Source of the DNA: Candidatus Electrothrix marina
Lineage (GTDB): Bacteria > Desulfobacterota > Desulfobulbia > Desulfobulbales > Desulfobulbaceae
Reading direction: 5' to 3'
DNA: 24,000 nt
NCBI GenBank assembly: GCA_965549605.1
Contig: CBEVHG010000034.1
Location: 1-24,000 of the forward strand
The notes beneath the pieces were generated by a model. It did no database searches. It had not been told where the DNA came from and saw nothing but the letters and a program-made list of their open reading frames with translations. This document shows, in pieces, positions 8,379 to 16,525 of this stretch. Each line of letters begins with the position of its first letter. Position 1 is the first letter of the stretch. Position numbers and translations under genes: made by a program.

Positions 8379-8511
8379 AAGAAGCCGGTAGAGTAGGCAA
8401 CGAGCGATAACGTGAACAACGTTGGTAACACGCCCGTTTTTCAATCAGAATAGGTTTGGACGAACAAAACATTATCATCACTATATGATACAAGAAGATA
8501 CAGGAAGATAC

Positions 8512-9414
8512 ATGACAGAATCCCTTGCGCCGATGTGGCTGAAGACCAGTTTGGACTGCCCCGAAATAACTCTGGAAGCAGTTGTTGATCTGCTTGGCGT
8601 GCTCAGCGGCTCGGCAGTGGAACAGACCCCGGTAAAAAACGGGCAGAGCACGGTCAACGGATTTTTCCGTCTTGACGGTGAAGACAGCGAGGCGGAACAG
8701 GACGATGTCCTGGAACGACTGGAGCAGGAGTTGATAGAGCTTTTTGCGCTCTATGAGCTGGAAGCACCAAAACCAACATGTTCTTTGCTGGCGGATGAGG
8801 ACTGGGCAACCTCGTGGCAGCAGTTTTTCACCCCTTTTGCCATTATTCCCGGTTTGGTGATTAAGCCCTCTTGGGAAGAGTATGTGCCCGCAGCAGGCGA
8901 GCAGGTGATTGAGATGGATCCTGGCATGGCCTTCGGCACTGGTCAGCATGCCTCCACCAAGCTGGCTCTCGGCCTGATTCGTTCCTGTTTTGACAGCAGG
9001 GGAGCAGAGAGCGTGTTGGATATCGGCACAGGGACAGGCATTCTGGCTATGGGGGCGGCCCTTTTCGGCGCGGAGCATGTTGTAGCGATTGATAACGATC
9101 CCGAGGCGGTACGGGTTGCCGGAGAAAACATTGCCCATAATGTGCTTAAACAAAAAATCACTGTTTCCGGTGACGGTTTTGATAAGCTGACCGGCAGCTT
9201 TGATCTTGTCTGCGCCAATATTATTCATGATGTTTTGGTGGACATGGCTCCGGCCATTGCCGTTCTTGTATCGAAAAAAGGAGCTGTTGTCTTGGCCGGT
9301 ATCTTGGCAGGCGAGCAGGAAAAGAATATCATCAGACTGTATGAGACGTTAGGTCTCACCTTGCAGGAAGCTCGCTATGAGGATGAGTGGGTGTCCTTGT
9401 TTTTGGCTCGATAA
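8512..9414 (+). CDS. prmA: ribosomal protein L11 methyltransferase
   Basis: It carries the PrmA signature DPGMAFGTGQHASTKLAL, the SAM-binding motif VLDIGTGTGILAMGAA and DLVCANI. The ORF is open from a TTG at 8422. I prefer the ATG at 8512 (MTESLAPMWLKTSL...) because PrmA proteins start close to the W-containing first strand. The start is uncertain (8422, 8482 or 8512). Confidence 0.85.
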   Translation: MTESLAPMWLKTSLDCPEITLEAVVDLLGVLSGSAVEQTPVKNGQSTVNGFFRLDGEDSEAEQDDVLERLEQELIELFALYELEAPKPTCSLLADEDWATSWQQFFTPFAIIPGLVIKPSWEEYVPAAGEQVIEMDPGMAFGTGQHASTKLALGLIRSCFDSRGAESVLDIGTGTGILAMGAALFGAEHVVAIDNDPEAVRVAGENIAHNVLKQKITVSGDGFDKLTGSFDLVCANIIHDVLVDMAPAIAVLVSKKGAVVLAGILAGEQEKNIIRLYETLGLTLQEARYEDEWVSLFLAR

Positions 9415-9470
9415 GAGAGAGCCGGAGTTGAGAAGCATTTTTCATTGAATGTCCACCCCTGGGAGAGCGC

Positions 9471-11371
9471 ATGGAAAAATATCAGGAAATCTTTGACAGA
9501 AGCCTGAACAATCCCGAAGAATTCTGGGCTGAGGCTGCGAGTCCATCAGCTGGTACAAGAAATGGGATGTCGTGCTGGATAGCTCTGATCCGCCTTTTTA
9601 TCGGTGGTTTCGAGGTGGCGAGCTGAATACCTGTTATAATGCTGTGGATCGGCATGTGGAGAACGGGCACGGCGATCGAACCGCTGTTATTTATGATTCT
9701 CCGGTGACTGACACGGTGCGGAAGATTTCCTGGGCAGAGCTGCGTGATCAGGTGGCCCGGCTTGCCGGGGCTCTTAAAAAACAGGGGGCGGAAAAAGGCG
9801 ACACCACTATCATTTATATGCCCATGATTCCCGAGGCCCTGGTTGCCATGTTGGCCTGCGCCCGGCTCGGTGTTATTCATTCTGTCGTGTTCGGAGGCTT
9901 TGCGGCTGATGAGCTGGCGATCCGCATTGATCATGCTCAACCCAAAATGATTCTCTGTGCCTCCGGAGCTGTTGAAGGGAAAAAGATCCTGGCCTATAAA
10001 CCGCTTATTGATGCGGCTATAGAGCGGGCAGAGCATAAGCCGGAAAAAACCATTGTTTTTCAGCGGGATTTTCTTCGGGCCGACCTCGGGCAGCCCGGTG
10101 ATTTGGACTGGCAGGAGCTTGTCAAGGATGCCGAGCCTGCTGATTGCGTTCCGGTCGCTGCCGCTGATCCGCTTTATATCCTCTATACTTCCGGAACCAC
10201 GGGGATGCCCAAGGGCGTGCTGCGGGATAACGGCGGTCATGCCGTGGCCCTGCACTGGAGCATGAAAAACATCTATAACGTGGAGCCGGGTGATGTCTAT
10301 TGGGCAGCCTCGGACGTGGGCTGGGTGGTCGGCCATTCCTATATTGTCTACGGCCCGCTTCTGTACGGCTGCACAACAGTGGTCTATGAGGGCAAGCCTG
10401 TGGGTACCCCGGACGCGGGCGCATTTTGGCGGGTTATTGAGCAGCATAAGGTCAAGGTGCTCTTTACCGCACCCACCGCCTTCCGGGCAATTAAAAAGGA
10501 AGATCCAAAGGGGCTGCTGCTGAAGAAATACGATCTCTTCAGGTTCAAGGCTCTCTTCCTTGCCGGTGAACGACTCGACCCGGATACATACTGCTGGGCC
10601 CGCAATCTTCTTGATGTTCCGGTGATCGATCATTGGTGGCAGACGGAAACAGCCTGGGCGGTCGCGGCCAATCCTCTGGGGATAGAACAATTTCCTGTAA
10701 AGCCGGGGTCGGCAACCAAGCCTGTTCCCGGTTATGACGTGAGAATTCTTGATTATGCGGGAAAGGAACTCGGATCGGGAGAGGAGGGGAATATTGCGGT
10801 CAAGCTGCCCCTGCCGCCCGGTACCTTGGCGACCCTGTGGCGGAATGACGACCGCTTTGTTCAATCGTATCTGTCCGTCTTCCCCGGCTATTATGAAACC
10901 AGTGACGAAGGATATGTCGATGAGGACGGCTATGTCTTTGTTATGGGCAGGATTGACGACGTGATCAATGTGGCCGGGCATCGTTTATCCACCGGTGCAA
11001 TGGAGGAAATCGTTGCAGCGCATCCGCAGGTGGCGGAGTGTGCCGTTATCGGGGTGGATGACGCCCTGAAAGGACAAAAGCCCCTGGGCTTGGCAGTGCT
11101 CAAAGCGGGTGCCGAATGTGATGAGGAAAAACTGAAAGAGGAACTTGTTCAGATGGTCCGCACTCGGATCGGTCCTATCGCCTGTTACCGTGACACCGTC
11201 GTTGTCAGCCGACTCCCCAAGACCCGGTCCGGTAAAATTCTCCGGGGAACCATGCGTTCTATTGCTGCGGGCAAGAAATACCGGATGCCGTCCACTATTG
11301 ATGATCCTTCCTGTCTGGGAGAGGTTGCTTCGGCATTGGAGATGATAGGGTATCCTGTGGAACACTCGTGA
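9471..11371 (+). pseudogene. prpE: full-length extent of the prpE-like gene including its frame-shifted 5' end
   Basis: The ATG at 9471, preceded by GGGAGAG, encodes MEKYQEIFDRSLNNPEEFWAEAA, a typical start for this family, and then runs out of frame. The main frame opens after a TGA at 9530-9532 with (GC)ESISWYKKWDVVLDSSDPPFYRWF. A single missing nt around 9533-9541 would reconnect the two. Confidence 0.55.
9572..11371 (+). CDS. prpE: AMP-forming acyl-CoA synthetase, propionate--CoA ligase-like (main reading frame)
   Basis: 599-aa ORF. Motifs: FYRWFRGGELNTCYNAVDRH, YTSGTTGMPKG (AMP-binding), ASDVGWVVGHSYIVYGPLL, VFGGFA and PKTRSGKILRGTMRSIAAG...STIDDPS. The blocks resemble PrpE more than Acs as I remember those sequences. 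The true N-terminus appears to lie in another frame, from 9471 (see the next feature and the findings). Confidence 0.85.
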   Translation: MLDSSDPPFYRWFRGGELNTCYNAVDRHVENGHGDRTAVIYDSPVTDTVRKISWAELRDQVARLAGALKKQGAEKGDTTIIYMPMIPEALVAMLACARLGVIHSVVFGGFAADELAIRIDHAQPKMILCASGAVEGKKILAYKPLIDAAIERAEHKPEKTIVFQRDFLRADLGQPGDLDWQELVKDAEPADCVPVAAADPLYILYTSGTTGMPKGVLRDNGGHAVALHWSMKNIYNVEPGDVYWAASDVGWVVGHSYIVYGPLLYGCTTVVYEGKPVGTPDAGAFWRVIEQHKVKVLFTAPTAFRAIKKEDPKGLLLKKYDLFRFKALFLAGERLDPDTYCWARNLLDVPVIDHWWQTETAWAVAANPLGIEQFPVKPGSATKPVPGYDVRILDYAGKELGSGEEGNIAVKLPLPPGTLATLWRNDDRFVQSYLSVFPGYYETSDEGYVDEDGYVFVMGRIDDVINVAGHRLSTGAMEEIVAAHPQVAECAVIGVDDALKGQKPLGLAVLKAGAECDEEKLKEELVQMVRTRIGPIACYRDTVVVSRLPKTRSGKILRGTMRSIAAGKKYRMPSTIDDPSCLGEVASALEMIGYPVEHS

Positions 11372-11431
11372 AAAGAGGAAGACTGCCTGTCAACAAAGGG
11401 AATTTTTTTTTTGAGATATTTTCTCGCCGCC

Positions 11432-11460
11432 TTGTGTATTTTTTTTTGAGGATGTAAACT
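11432..11460 (+). promoter_or_regulatory. candidate sigma70-type promoter for the CydA-like/cytochrome c gene
   Basis: TTGTGT (11432-11437), a 17-nt T-rich spacer and TAAACT (11455-11460). If used, it would give a ~140-nt leader. This is a pattern match only. Confidence 0.25.
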
Positions 11461-11521
11461 GAGTAATAAACGAAGCCGTTCTGCGGATGGTTCGCAGATC
11501 AGCATCCACGGGGATGCCGGG

Positions 11522-11552
11522 CCGCTGTCGTCATCGGGAGATCCGCTGTCGT
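11522..11552 (+). promoter_or_regulatory. 10-bp perfect direct repeat (CCGCTGTCGT x2), possible regulator binding site
   Basis: The copies lie at 11522-11531 and 11543-11552. The start-to-start spacing is 21 bp, about two helical turns. The site is ~55 nt upstream of the GTG start at 11607. Confidence 0.25.
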
Positions 11553-11606
11553 TAAAAGGCAGGGAAATGAGAGGCTTCAAGGCTTTTTTTTTAAAGGAGG
11601 GTACAG

Positions 11607-12887
11607 GTGGACAGAATAGATTTCCCCTTGTTGGGCAACAGTATTATTATGGCGGTAGTTATACTGGTACACGTTTTTTTTGCTTTTTTTGCAGTCGGCG
11701 GGTCTGTGCTGGCTGTTGTTTCTGAATGGTGGGGAACCAAAAAAAAGGACAACGACTACATAAGGCTGGCCAGGAGCGTGTCAGGTTTTCTTTCCGACAT
11801 GATGAAGATCAACGGCGTGCTCGGTGTCGCCATCGTGGTGCTGACCATCGGCCTGTGGACTCCGTTCGGTGCTTTTCTTTACTCAACCCAGTTCTGGCCT
11901 TTTCTGGCCGAGGGCGGCGTTTTTCTGCTTCTGATGATTTTTGCCGTCATCTATCATAACACTTGGGATTCTGTTTCCCGAGGAATGCATATTTTTTACG
12001 GGTTGTTGACAGCCTTCTTCGCCATAATGGCCGGAGTCCTGATTAACGCCATCTGGGCCTTCATGATGGTTCCGGGCAAGTGGATGGAAACCCAGAGTCG
12101 TTGGGATGCCTTTAATACCCCCATTCTCTCCGAGTCCACCACCCATCTGATTCTGCCCTGTCTGATCAACGGTGCTCTGCTCGTTTTTGTCTGGACCTAT
12201 TGGAAATCCACGAAACCGAGTGAGGACCAGCAGTATTATCAAAAGGTCAACAAGTTTACGGCGTCCATCGGAGGCACCCTGCTTTTTCTGCAGCCTATCT
12301 CAGGCATTCTCTTTCTGCTTAAAGTGAAATCAGCTACAGAGGCGCTTCCGACACCCAATCCCTGGGTACAGCTGACCGGCGGTGCTGCCACGCCTTTTCT
12401 GTACACCATGATCGGACTGGGAAGTGTTGCGGTAATCTGCACGATTCTTTACTGGGTCATGGGCCATGAGAAGGGACGCAAGGCCCTGCTGGCGGCTTCG
12501 TTCGCCATGTTTATCGCCTTTTTCATCGGCGGTTTCACCCGAGAAAGAGCAAGGAAACCGTATCTGGTCTGGAATGTTATGAGTATGGATCAGCAGTTCA
12601 CCAAAACAATGAAAGACAAACTTTCCGGTGGAGCGGAGCAAACCGCCGGAGCCGTTGTGAACGGCGAACAGGTTTTTCAGGGATGCAAGGGCTGTCATTC
12701 CTATAAAGGGCAGGGAGGGTCAACTGGACCTGATCTGACGAACGTATCGCAAAAGTATAGTAATAAGAAGGATGAGCTTATGGATTTCATCCGTCAGCCC
12801 CCCAGTCCGGCAAATATGGTTATGACTCCTTTCAGCGGGTCGGAAGCCGAACTTGAGGCACTTGCTGATTATCTGTTGAAAAACTGA
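11607..12887 (+). CDS. CydA-like (cytochrome bd subunit I-like) polytopic membrane domain fused to a C-terminal monohaem class-I cytochrome c domain
   Basis: 426-aa ORF with a GTG start 6 nt after AGGAGG (11595-11600). I count about 8 hydrophobic segments by eye. The N-terminal pattern LVHVFFAFFAVGG...EWWG, then LAEGG..., then NAIWAFMMVPGKW parallels E. coli CydA (MYHFLFVPLTLG, IEGLMAFF, NGWMQNP). The C-terminal ~90 aa carry CKGCH (nt 12684-12698), GPDL and a distal Met region (NMVMTPF). Confidence 0.7.
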   Translation: MDRIDFPLLGNSIIMAVVILVHVFFAFFAVGGSVLAVVSEWWGTKKKDNDYIRLARSVSGFLSDMMKINGVLGVAIVVLTIGLWTPFGAFLYSTQFWPFLAEGGVFLLLMIFAVIYHNTWDSVSRGMHIFYGLLTAFFAIMAGVLINAIWAFMMVPGKWMETQSRWDAFNTPILSESTTHLILPCLINGALLVFVWTYWKSTKPSEDQQYYQKVNKFTASIGGTLLFLQPISGILFLLKVKSATEALPTPNPWVQLTGGAATPFLYTMIGLGSVAVICTILYWVMGHEKGRKALLAASFAMFIAFFIGGFTRERARKPYLVWNVMSMDQQFTKTMKDKLSGGAEQTAGAVVNGEQVFQGCKGCHSYKGQGGSTGPDLTNVSQKYSNKKDELMDFIRQPPSPANMVMTPFSGSEAELEALADYLLKN

Positions 12888-12914
12888 TCGTACTCTTTTC
12901 TCCTGAGAAAAAAA

Positions 12915-12942
12915 GCCGTTCCTTAGCAGGAGCGGCTTTTTT
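12915..12942 (+). terminator. Rho-independent terminator after the CydA-like/cytochrome c gene
   Basis: An 8-bp stem, GCCGTTCC/GGAGCGGC (7 Watson-Crick pairs plus one G-U), with a 6-nt loop TTAGCA, is followed immediately by T6 (12937-12942). It lies ~28 nt after the stop codon. Confidence 0.8.
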
Positions 12943-13003
12943 GTTGCTCTACGCTGTGGAGTCGGGAATCGCTGAACATATATTAAAATGAGGGATAAAA
13001 AGT

Positions 13004-14152
13004 ATGGATTCTCAAATTAAGGTGTTTTTTGCCGGACAGATTCAGGAAGGGTGCGATCCGCAGCAGGTACGGCAGAACTTGGCTAAGCTGCATCAGGTAT
13101 CTCTTGAAAAAATAGAGGCCCTTTTCTCCGGAAAACGCAGGGTGGTGAAAATCGTCAATGACTATGCGGCAGCTCAAAAGATTCAGCAGGTCTACACCGA
13201 TGCCGGAGCGGTCTGCACCATTGAACCGCCGCCTCCGGAGGAAAATGATTCTGTAACCGTTGCAGAGGAATCCCTGGAAACAGAACCTGAGCGGAAAGGG
13301 AGTGAGCAGGAACAGACCGGTGCAGACGCCCTTGCCCCAAACCTCTTTGTCTCGGATTTCCTTGAAACTCCGGAAGTCAAGTTTGAGGTTCTCACCTATC
13401 GCTCTCTTGCCGGCAGTGATAATTTGGCTGTTGCGAATATGATTCATAAGGCGCAACACAGTGGGGTTCGCCTGAAACAGGTCAGGATCACCCTGCACAA
13501 CAGCGAGGTGATACTGGAAGCAGGGGCCCTTCATTTTCAGCAGGGAAATATTACCATCGAGAGTAAAATCGGCGGTGTCGGAGGATTTTTTAAGAAGGCC
13601 GTCTCCAAGAAGCTGACAGATGAGTCCGCCTTTAAACCCACCTACAGGGGGAGCGGCGAGATCTACCTTGAGCCGGGATTCGGGCACTTCATTCTGCTTC
13701 CTCTTGAAGATGAAGAGATCGTTGCGGATAAGGGTATGTTTCTCGCCTGCCAGAGTTCGGTGGAGGTGGGCGTTGCCACCCAGAAAGGGCTTGCGACCGG
13801 TTTGCTCGGCGGGGAAGGGTTCTTCCAGACCAAGTTGTCCGGCAAAGGCATTTGCGTCCTGCAATCGCCGGTTCCTGTGAAAGAAATTATTAAAGTTTCA
13901 CTTAACGACGATACTCTTCAGGTTGACGGCAATTTCGCCCTGCTTCGCAAAGGAAATGTGGAGTTCACGGTCAAAGGCGCAACCAAGTCGCTGATCGGGT
14001 CCATGACCAGCGGCGAGGGCCTGTTGCAGACCTTTCACGGTACAGGAGAAGTCTGGCTTGCTCCTACCCAGTCGGTGTATGAGCAACTGGCGTTGAGCGG
14101 CATCGGCGGCATGGCCGGGAGTGAAAAGGGATCAGGAACCCGGACCAAGTAG
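13004..14152 (+). CDS. AIM24/DUF124 family protein with an additional N-terminal domain and acidic linker
   Basis: 382-aa ORF preceded by the SD GAGGGA. The C-terminal ~265 aa show AIM24-type blocks: EVILEAGALHFQQGNI, GEIYLEPGFGHFILL, IVADKGMFLACQSSVEV, LLGGEGFFQTKLSGKGICVLQS and GEGLLQTFHGTGEVWLAP. The first ~75 aa and a Pro/Glu-rich linker lie outside that core. Confidence 0.8.
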   Translation: MDSQIKVFFAGQIQEGCDPQQVRQNLAKLHQVSLEKIEALFSGKRRVVKIVNDYAAAQKIQQVYTDAGAVCTIEPPPPEENDSVTVAEESLETEPERKGSEQEQTGADALAPNLFVSDFLETPEVKFEVLTYRSLAGSDNLAVANMIHKAQHSGVRLKQVRITLHNSEVILEAGALHFQQGNITIESKIGGVGGFFKKAVSKKLTDESAFKPTYRGSGEIYLEPGFGHFILLPLEDEEIVADKGMFLACQSSVEVGVATQKGLATGLLGGEGFFQTKLSGKGICVLQSPVPVKEIIKVSLNDDTLQVDGNFALLRKGNVEFTVKGATKSLIGSMTSGEGLLQTFHGTGEVWLAPTQSVYEQLALSGIGGMAGSEKGSGTRTK

Positions 14153-14199
14153 GCTCAAGGTGTGTATTTTATTGCCCTGTGCGGCATGGTTGCATTCGC

Positions 14200-15795
14200 T
14201 CAACGCAACCGCCTCCCGGCCAGCCAGATCAGGGCCAATACGGGCAGTCCCATCAGGGCGGTGACCAGGAAGAACTGATGATATCCCCAGTTTGTGACCA
14301 TAGTACCTGAGTAGCCGCCGATCAGTTTGGGCAGAAGGGTCATCAGAGAGCTGAAGATGGCATATTGCACAGCAGTGAAGGAGACATTGGTCAGGCTGGC
14401 CAGAAAGGCGACAAAGGCAGTGGTGGCGATGCCGCCGCTGAGGTTATCGGCGGAGATAACCAGATAGAGCAGAGAGACATTATTGCCCGCATCCGCCAGC
14501 AGCATAAAGAGCAGATTGGTGGCACTGGAGAGCAGGGCTCCGATGAAGAGGATGCGCATCACCCCGTAGCGGACAGTCAGGGTGCCGCCGAGAAAACCGC
14601 CCAGCAGAGTCATAAACAGGCCGAATGTCTTGATCACGCCGGCGATGGTCTGCTTGGAAAAGCCCATGTCCTGGTAAAAGACATTAGCAACCACTCCCAG
14701 AATAATGTCCGAGATCCGATAGAATCCCACCAGTGTCAGGAGGAGCAGGGCTGTACGCAGACCGTAGCGGCTGAAGAAATCAAGCACCGGGTTGATATAG
14801 GTCTGGCTGACCATGCTGCCGTCCACCAGGTTTCGGCGCATGAGAAAAAAGGCGGTGAACAGGGCGCAGAGCAGGGCTGCCAGCAGGCGGGCTGCTTCTG
14901 CCAGAAAGGAAATCAGCGGGCCGGGGGACTCGGGGATCGTTGCGGTCAGTCCCCGGGCCATGCCGTTAAGCAGGTTGACCATATTACCGGTCAGGAAAAA
15001 GACCGCGATAAAGGTGCCTGCCGTGCAGACAAAGAGGAAGAGAAAACGGAGATAATAGCCGGCCGGGTAATCGTAATTTTTTGTACTGGAGAGCGGTTCC
15101 GGGATCAGCAGGGTGGTGGCCACCCCGATGAGCATGACCCCGGCCATACAAAAATAGCTGTACTGCCAGGCTGCGTAGCTGTAGACATCTTTACTGGTGC
15201 CGAACCAGGAGGCCAGATACAGGGCTCCGGCTCCGGCGACCAGCATTCCCACCCGATATCCGGCAATATAGGTCGAAGACAAGAGTGCCTGCATATTTTC
15301 TTCTGCGCATTCGATGCGGTAGGCGTCAATGACGATGTCCTGGGTGGCTGAGGAAAAACCGAGCATAACCGCAGCCAGGGCCATGCTGACCAGATTTTGT
15401 TGTCCGGCAGCGGGATCGGTCAGGGCCATAAAGCAGATGGTCGTGATGACCGCAGCTTGGGCCAGCAGCAGCCAGCCCCTTCTTCTTCCCAGTTTTCTGG
15501 TGAGAAAGGGCAAGGGGAGGGTGTCAACCAGCGGTGCCCAGACAAATTTAAAGGAATACCCCAGGGCGGCCCAGCTGAAAAAGGTAACAGCGGAACGACT
15601 TACCCCGGCCTCCCGTAACCAGAGAGAGAGGCTGGAGAAGATCAGCAGGATGGGGATCCCGGCAGAGAAACCGAAAAAGAGCATGGTTACCACTCTGGGG
15701 TGGGTCCAGGCCCGCATGGTCTGTTGCCAATTCTTCGGGCCTTCTTTGTGCGAAGGAGCCGGGTCGCTATTTTGTCGGCTGGTTAGGTTGTCCAT
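14200..15795 (-). CDS. ampG: AmpG-family MFS permease (muropeptide/anhydromuropeptide transporter type)
   Basis: 531-aa polytopic ORF. The N-terminal block MLFFGFSAGIPILLIFSSLSLWLREAGVS...LGYSFKFVWAPLVD...LGRRRGWLL matches the AmpG signature region. The start may instead be the internal Met at ~15717 (MRAWTHPR...). Confidence 0.8.
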   Translation of the reverse strand: MDNLTSRQNSDPAPSHKEGPKNWQQTMRAWTHPRVVTMLFFGFSAGIPILLIFSSLSLWLREAGVSRSAVTFFSWAALGYSFKFVWAPLVDTLPLPFLTRKLGRRRGWLLLAQAAVITTICFMALTDPAAGQQNLVSMALAAVMLGFSSATQDIVIDAYRIECAEENMQALLSSTYIAGYRVGMLVAGAGALYLASWFGTSKDVYSYAAWQYSYFCMAGVMLIGVATTLLIPEPLSSTKNYDYPAGYYLRFLFLFVCTAGTFIAVFFLTGNMVNLLNGMARGLTATIPESPGPLISFLAEAARLLAALLCALFTAFFLMRRNLVDGSMVSQTYINPVLDFFSRYGLRTALLLLTLVGFYRISDIILGVVANVFYQDMGFSKQTIAGVIKTFGLFMTLLGGFLGGTLTVRYGVMRILFIGALLSSATNLLFMLLADAGNNVSLLYLVISADNLSGGIATTAFVAFLASLTNVSFTAVQYAIFSSLMTLLPKLIGGYSGTMVTNWGYHQFFLVTALMGLPVLALIWLAGRRLR

Positions 15796-15833
15796 CAGCT
15801 TGTCTGTTATTTTTATTGAAAGATGAGTGTAGG

Positions 15834-16427
15834 CTATGCTGCTGCGCAGGCGGATTCCGTTTCTGCTCTGTATTGCAGTTCTGGTGCCGGAATCGGTTCA
15901 TTGCGTTCATTGTTGTACTGGGCCAGGGTATAGTCGGCAAGCAGGCTGTCCTGCCAATAGGAAGCCTGTTCAAAGAACTGCCCGAACAGGCTCAGGCTTT
16001 CCCGGCGAAGGACATCCGGGACCAGCTCCGCATGCATGTCCTGATACAGGGGCGCAAGCTGTTGCAGCGGCAGGTTGGTGCCCCCGCCCATCACATCCTC
16101 ATAGGCCCAGACAAAGCGGCGGACTCCGGAAAGGAGCAGGGTGGTATAACACATCAGGCAGGGTTCCATGGTGGAGTAGACCGTAAGGTCTCGGCAGTCA
16201 AGGCGGGGCTGTTCAGCGAGCAGAGCACGCAGCGTCACCATCTCGGCATGGTCGATTTCATTGCTTCCGGCCCCTTCGCTGTTTCGGCGACGACCGCTTC
16301 GGATAATTTCATTGTCCTGAACCAGCACGCATCCCACCGGAAATTCTCCGTCCTCCAGGGCTGTTCGGGCCTCGGTCAGGGCATGCTGCATAAACTGTTC
16401 ATCCTGTTGAAGTGTATTGTGTTGCAT
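15834..16427 (-). CDS. CMP/dCMP-type zinc deaminase family protein (nucleoside/tRNA deaminase-like)
   Basis: 197-aa ORF with the zinc motifs HAEM and PCLMC, in the order and spacing expected for the CDA fold. The N-terminal helix FMQHALTEARTA...GEFPVGCVLV is TadA/guanine-deaminase-like. The substrate cannot be assigned. Confidence 0.8.
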   Translation of the reverse strand: MQHNTLQQDEQFMQHALTEARTALEDGEFPVGCVLVQDNEIIRSGRRRNSEGAGSNEIDHAEMVTLRALLAEQPRLDCRDLTVYSTMEPCLMCYTTLLLSGVRRFVWAYEDVMGGGTNLPLQQLAPLYQDMHAELVPDVLRRESLSLFGQFFEQASYWQDSLLADYTLAQYNNERNEPIPAPELQYRAETESACAAA

Positions 16428-16525
16428 AGTTTTTATTCTTTTTTATGAATAGGGAATATTATCGGTCGTCTTGTGACGAACAGAGCAGGCTGGTACTGTG
16501 ATTTCTTCACCTGACTTGTTGGTCG

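Noticed and set aside
8422-8511. N-terminal extension of prmA from the TTG at 8422 (MVTRPFFNQNRFGRTKHYHHYMIQEDTGRY)
   Set aside because: The extension is low-complexity and has no counterpart in PrmA proteins as I know them. The ATG at 8512 gives a standard PrmA N-terminus. I keep it only as a start-site uncertainty.
8494-8512. Tandem 9-bp repeat GAAGATACA-g-GAAGATACA abutting the preferred prmA start codon
   Set aside because: There are only two short copies. This could be chance or a small duplication, and I can support no functional inference.
9482-10981. 499-aa ORF antisense to the acyl-CoA synthetase gene
   Set aside because: It is the mirror frame of a strongly conserved coding sequence. 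Its translation is Arg/Pro/Gly/His-rich low-complexity sequence with no recognisable motif, which is typical of a shadow ORF opposite a codon-biased gene.
11403-11412. T10 run after the prpE-like stop (and T9 at 11584-11592) read as intrinsic terminators
   Set aside because: No GC-rich stem of more than 3-4 bp immediately precedes either run. They are reported as part of the unusual leader region, not as terminators.
14365-15351. 328-aa ORF antisense to ampG, plus other long antisense/shadow ORFs. These are 4446-5213(+), 5747-6451(-), 7100-7729(-), 8332-9228(-), 12983-13864(-), 15816-16448(+), 18877-19515(+) and 19896-20594(+).
   Set aside because: Each lies wholly inside a gene on the other strand that has clear family motifs. 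Their translations are compositionally odd (Gly/Gln/Arg/His-rich) and carry no motifs or start-site signals.
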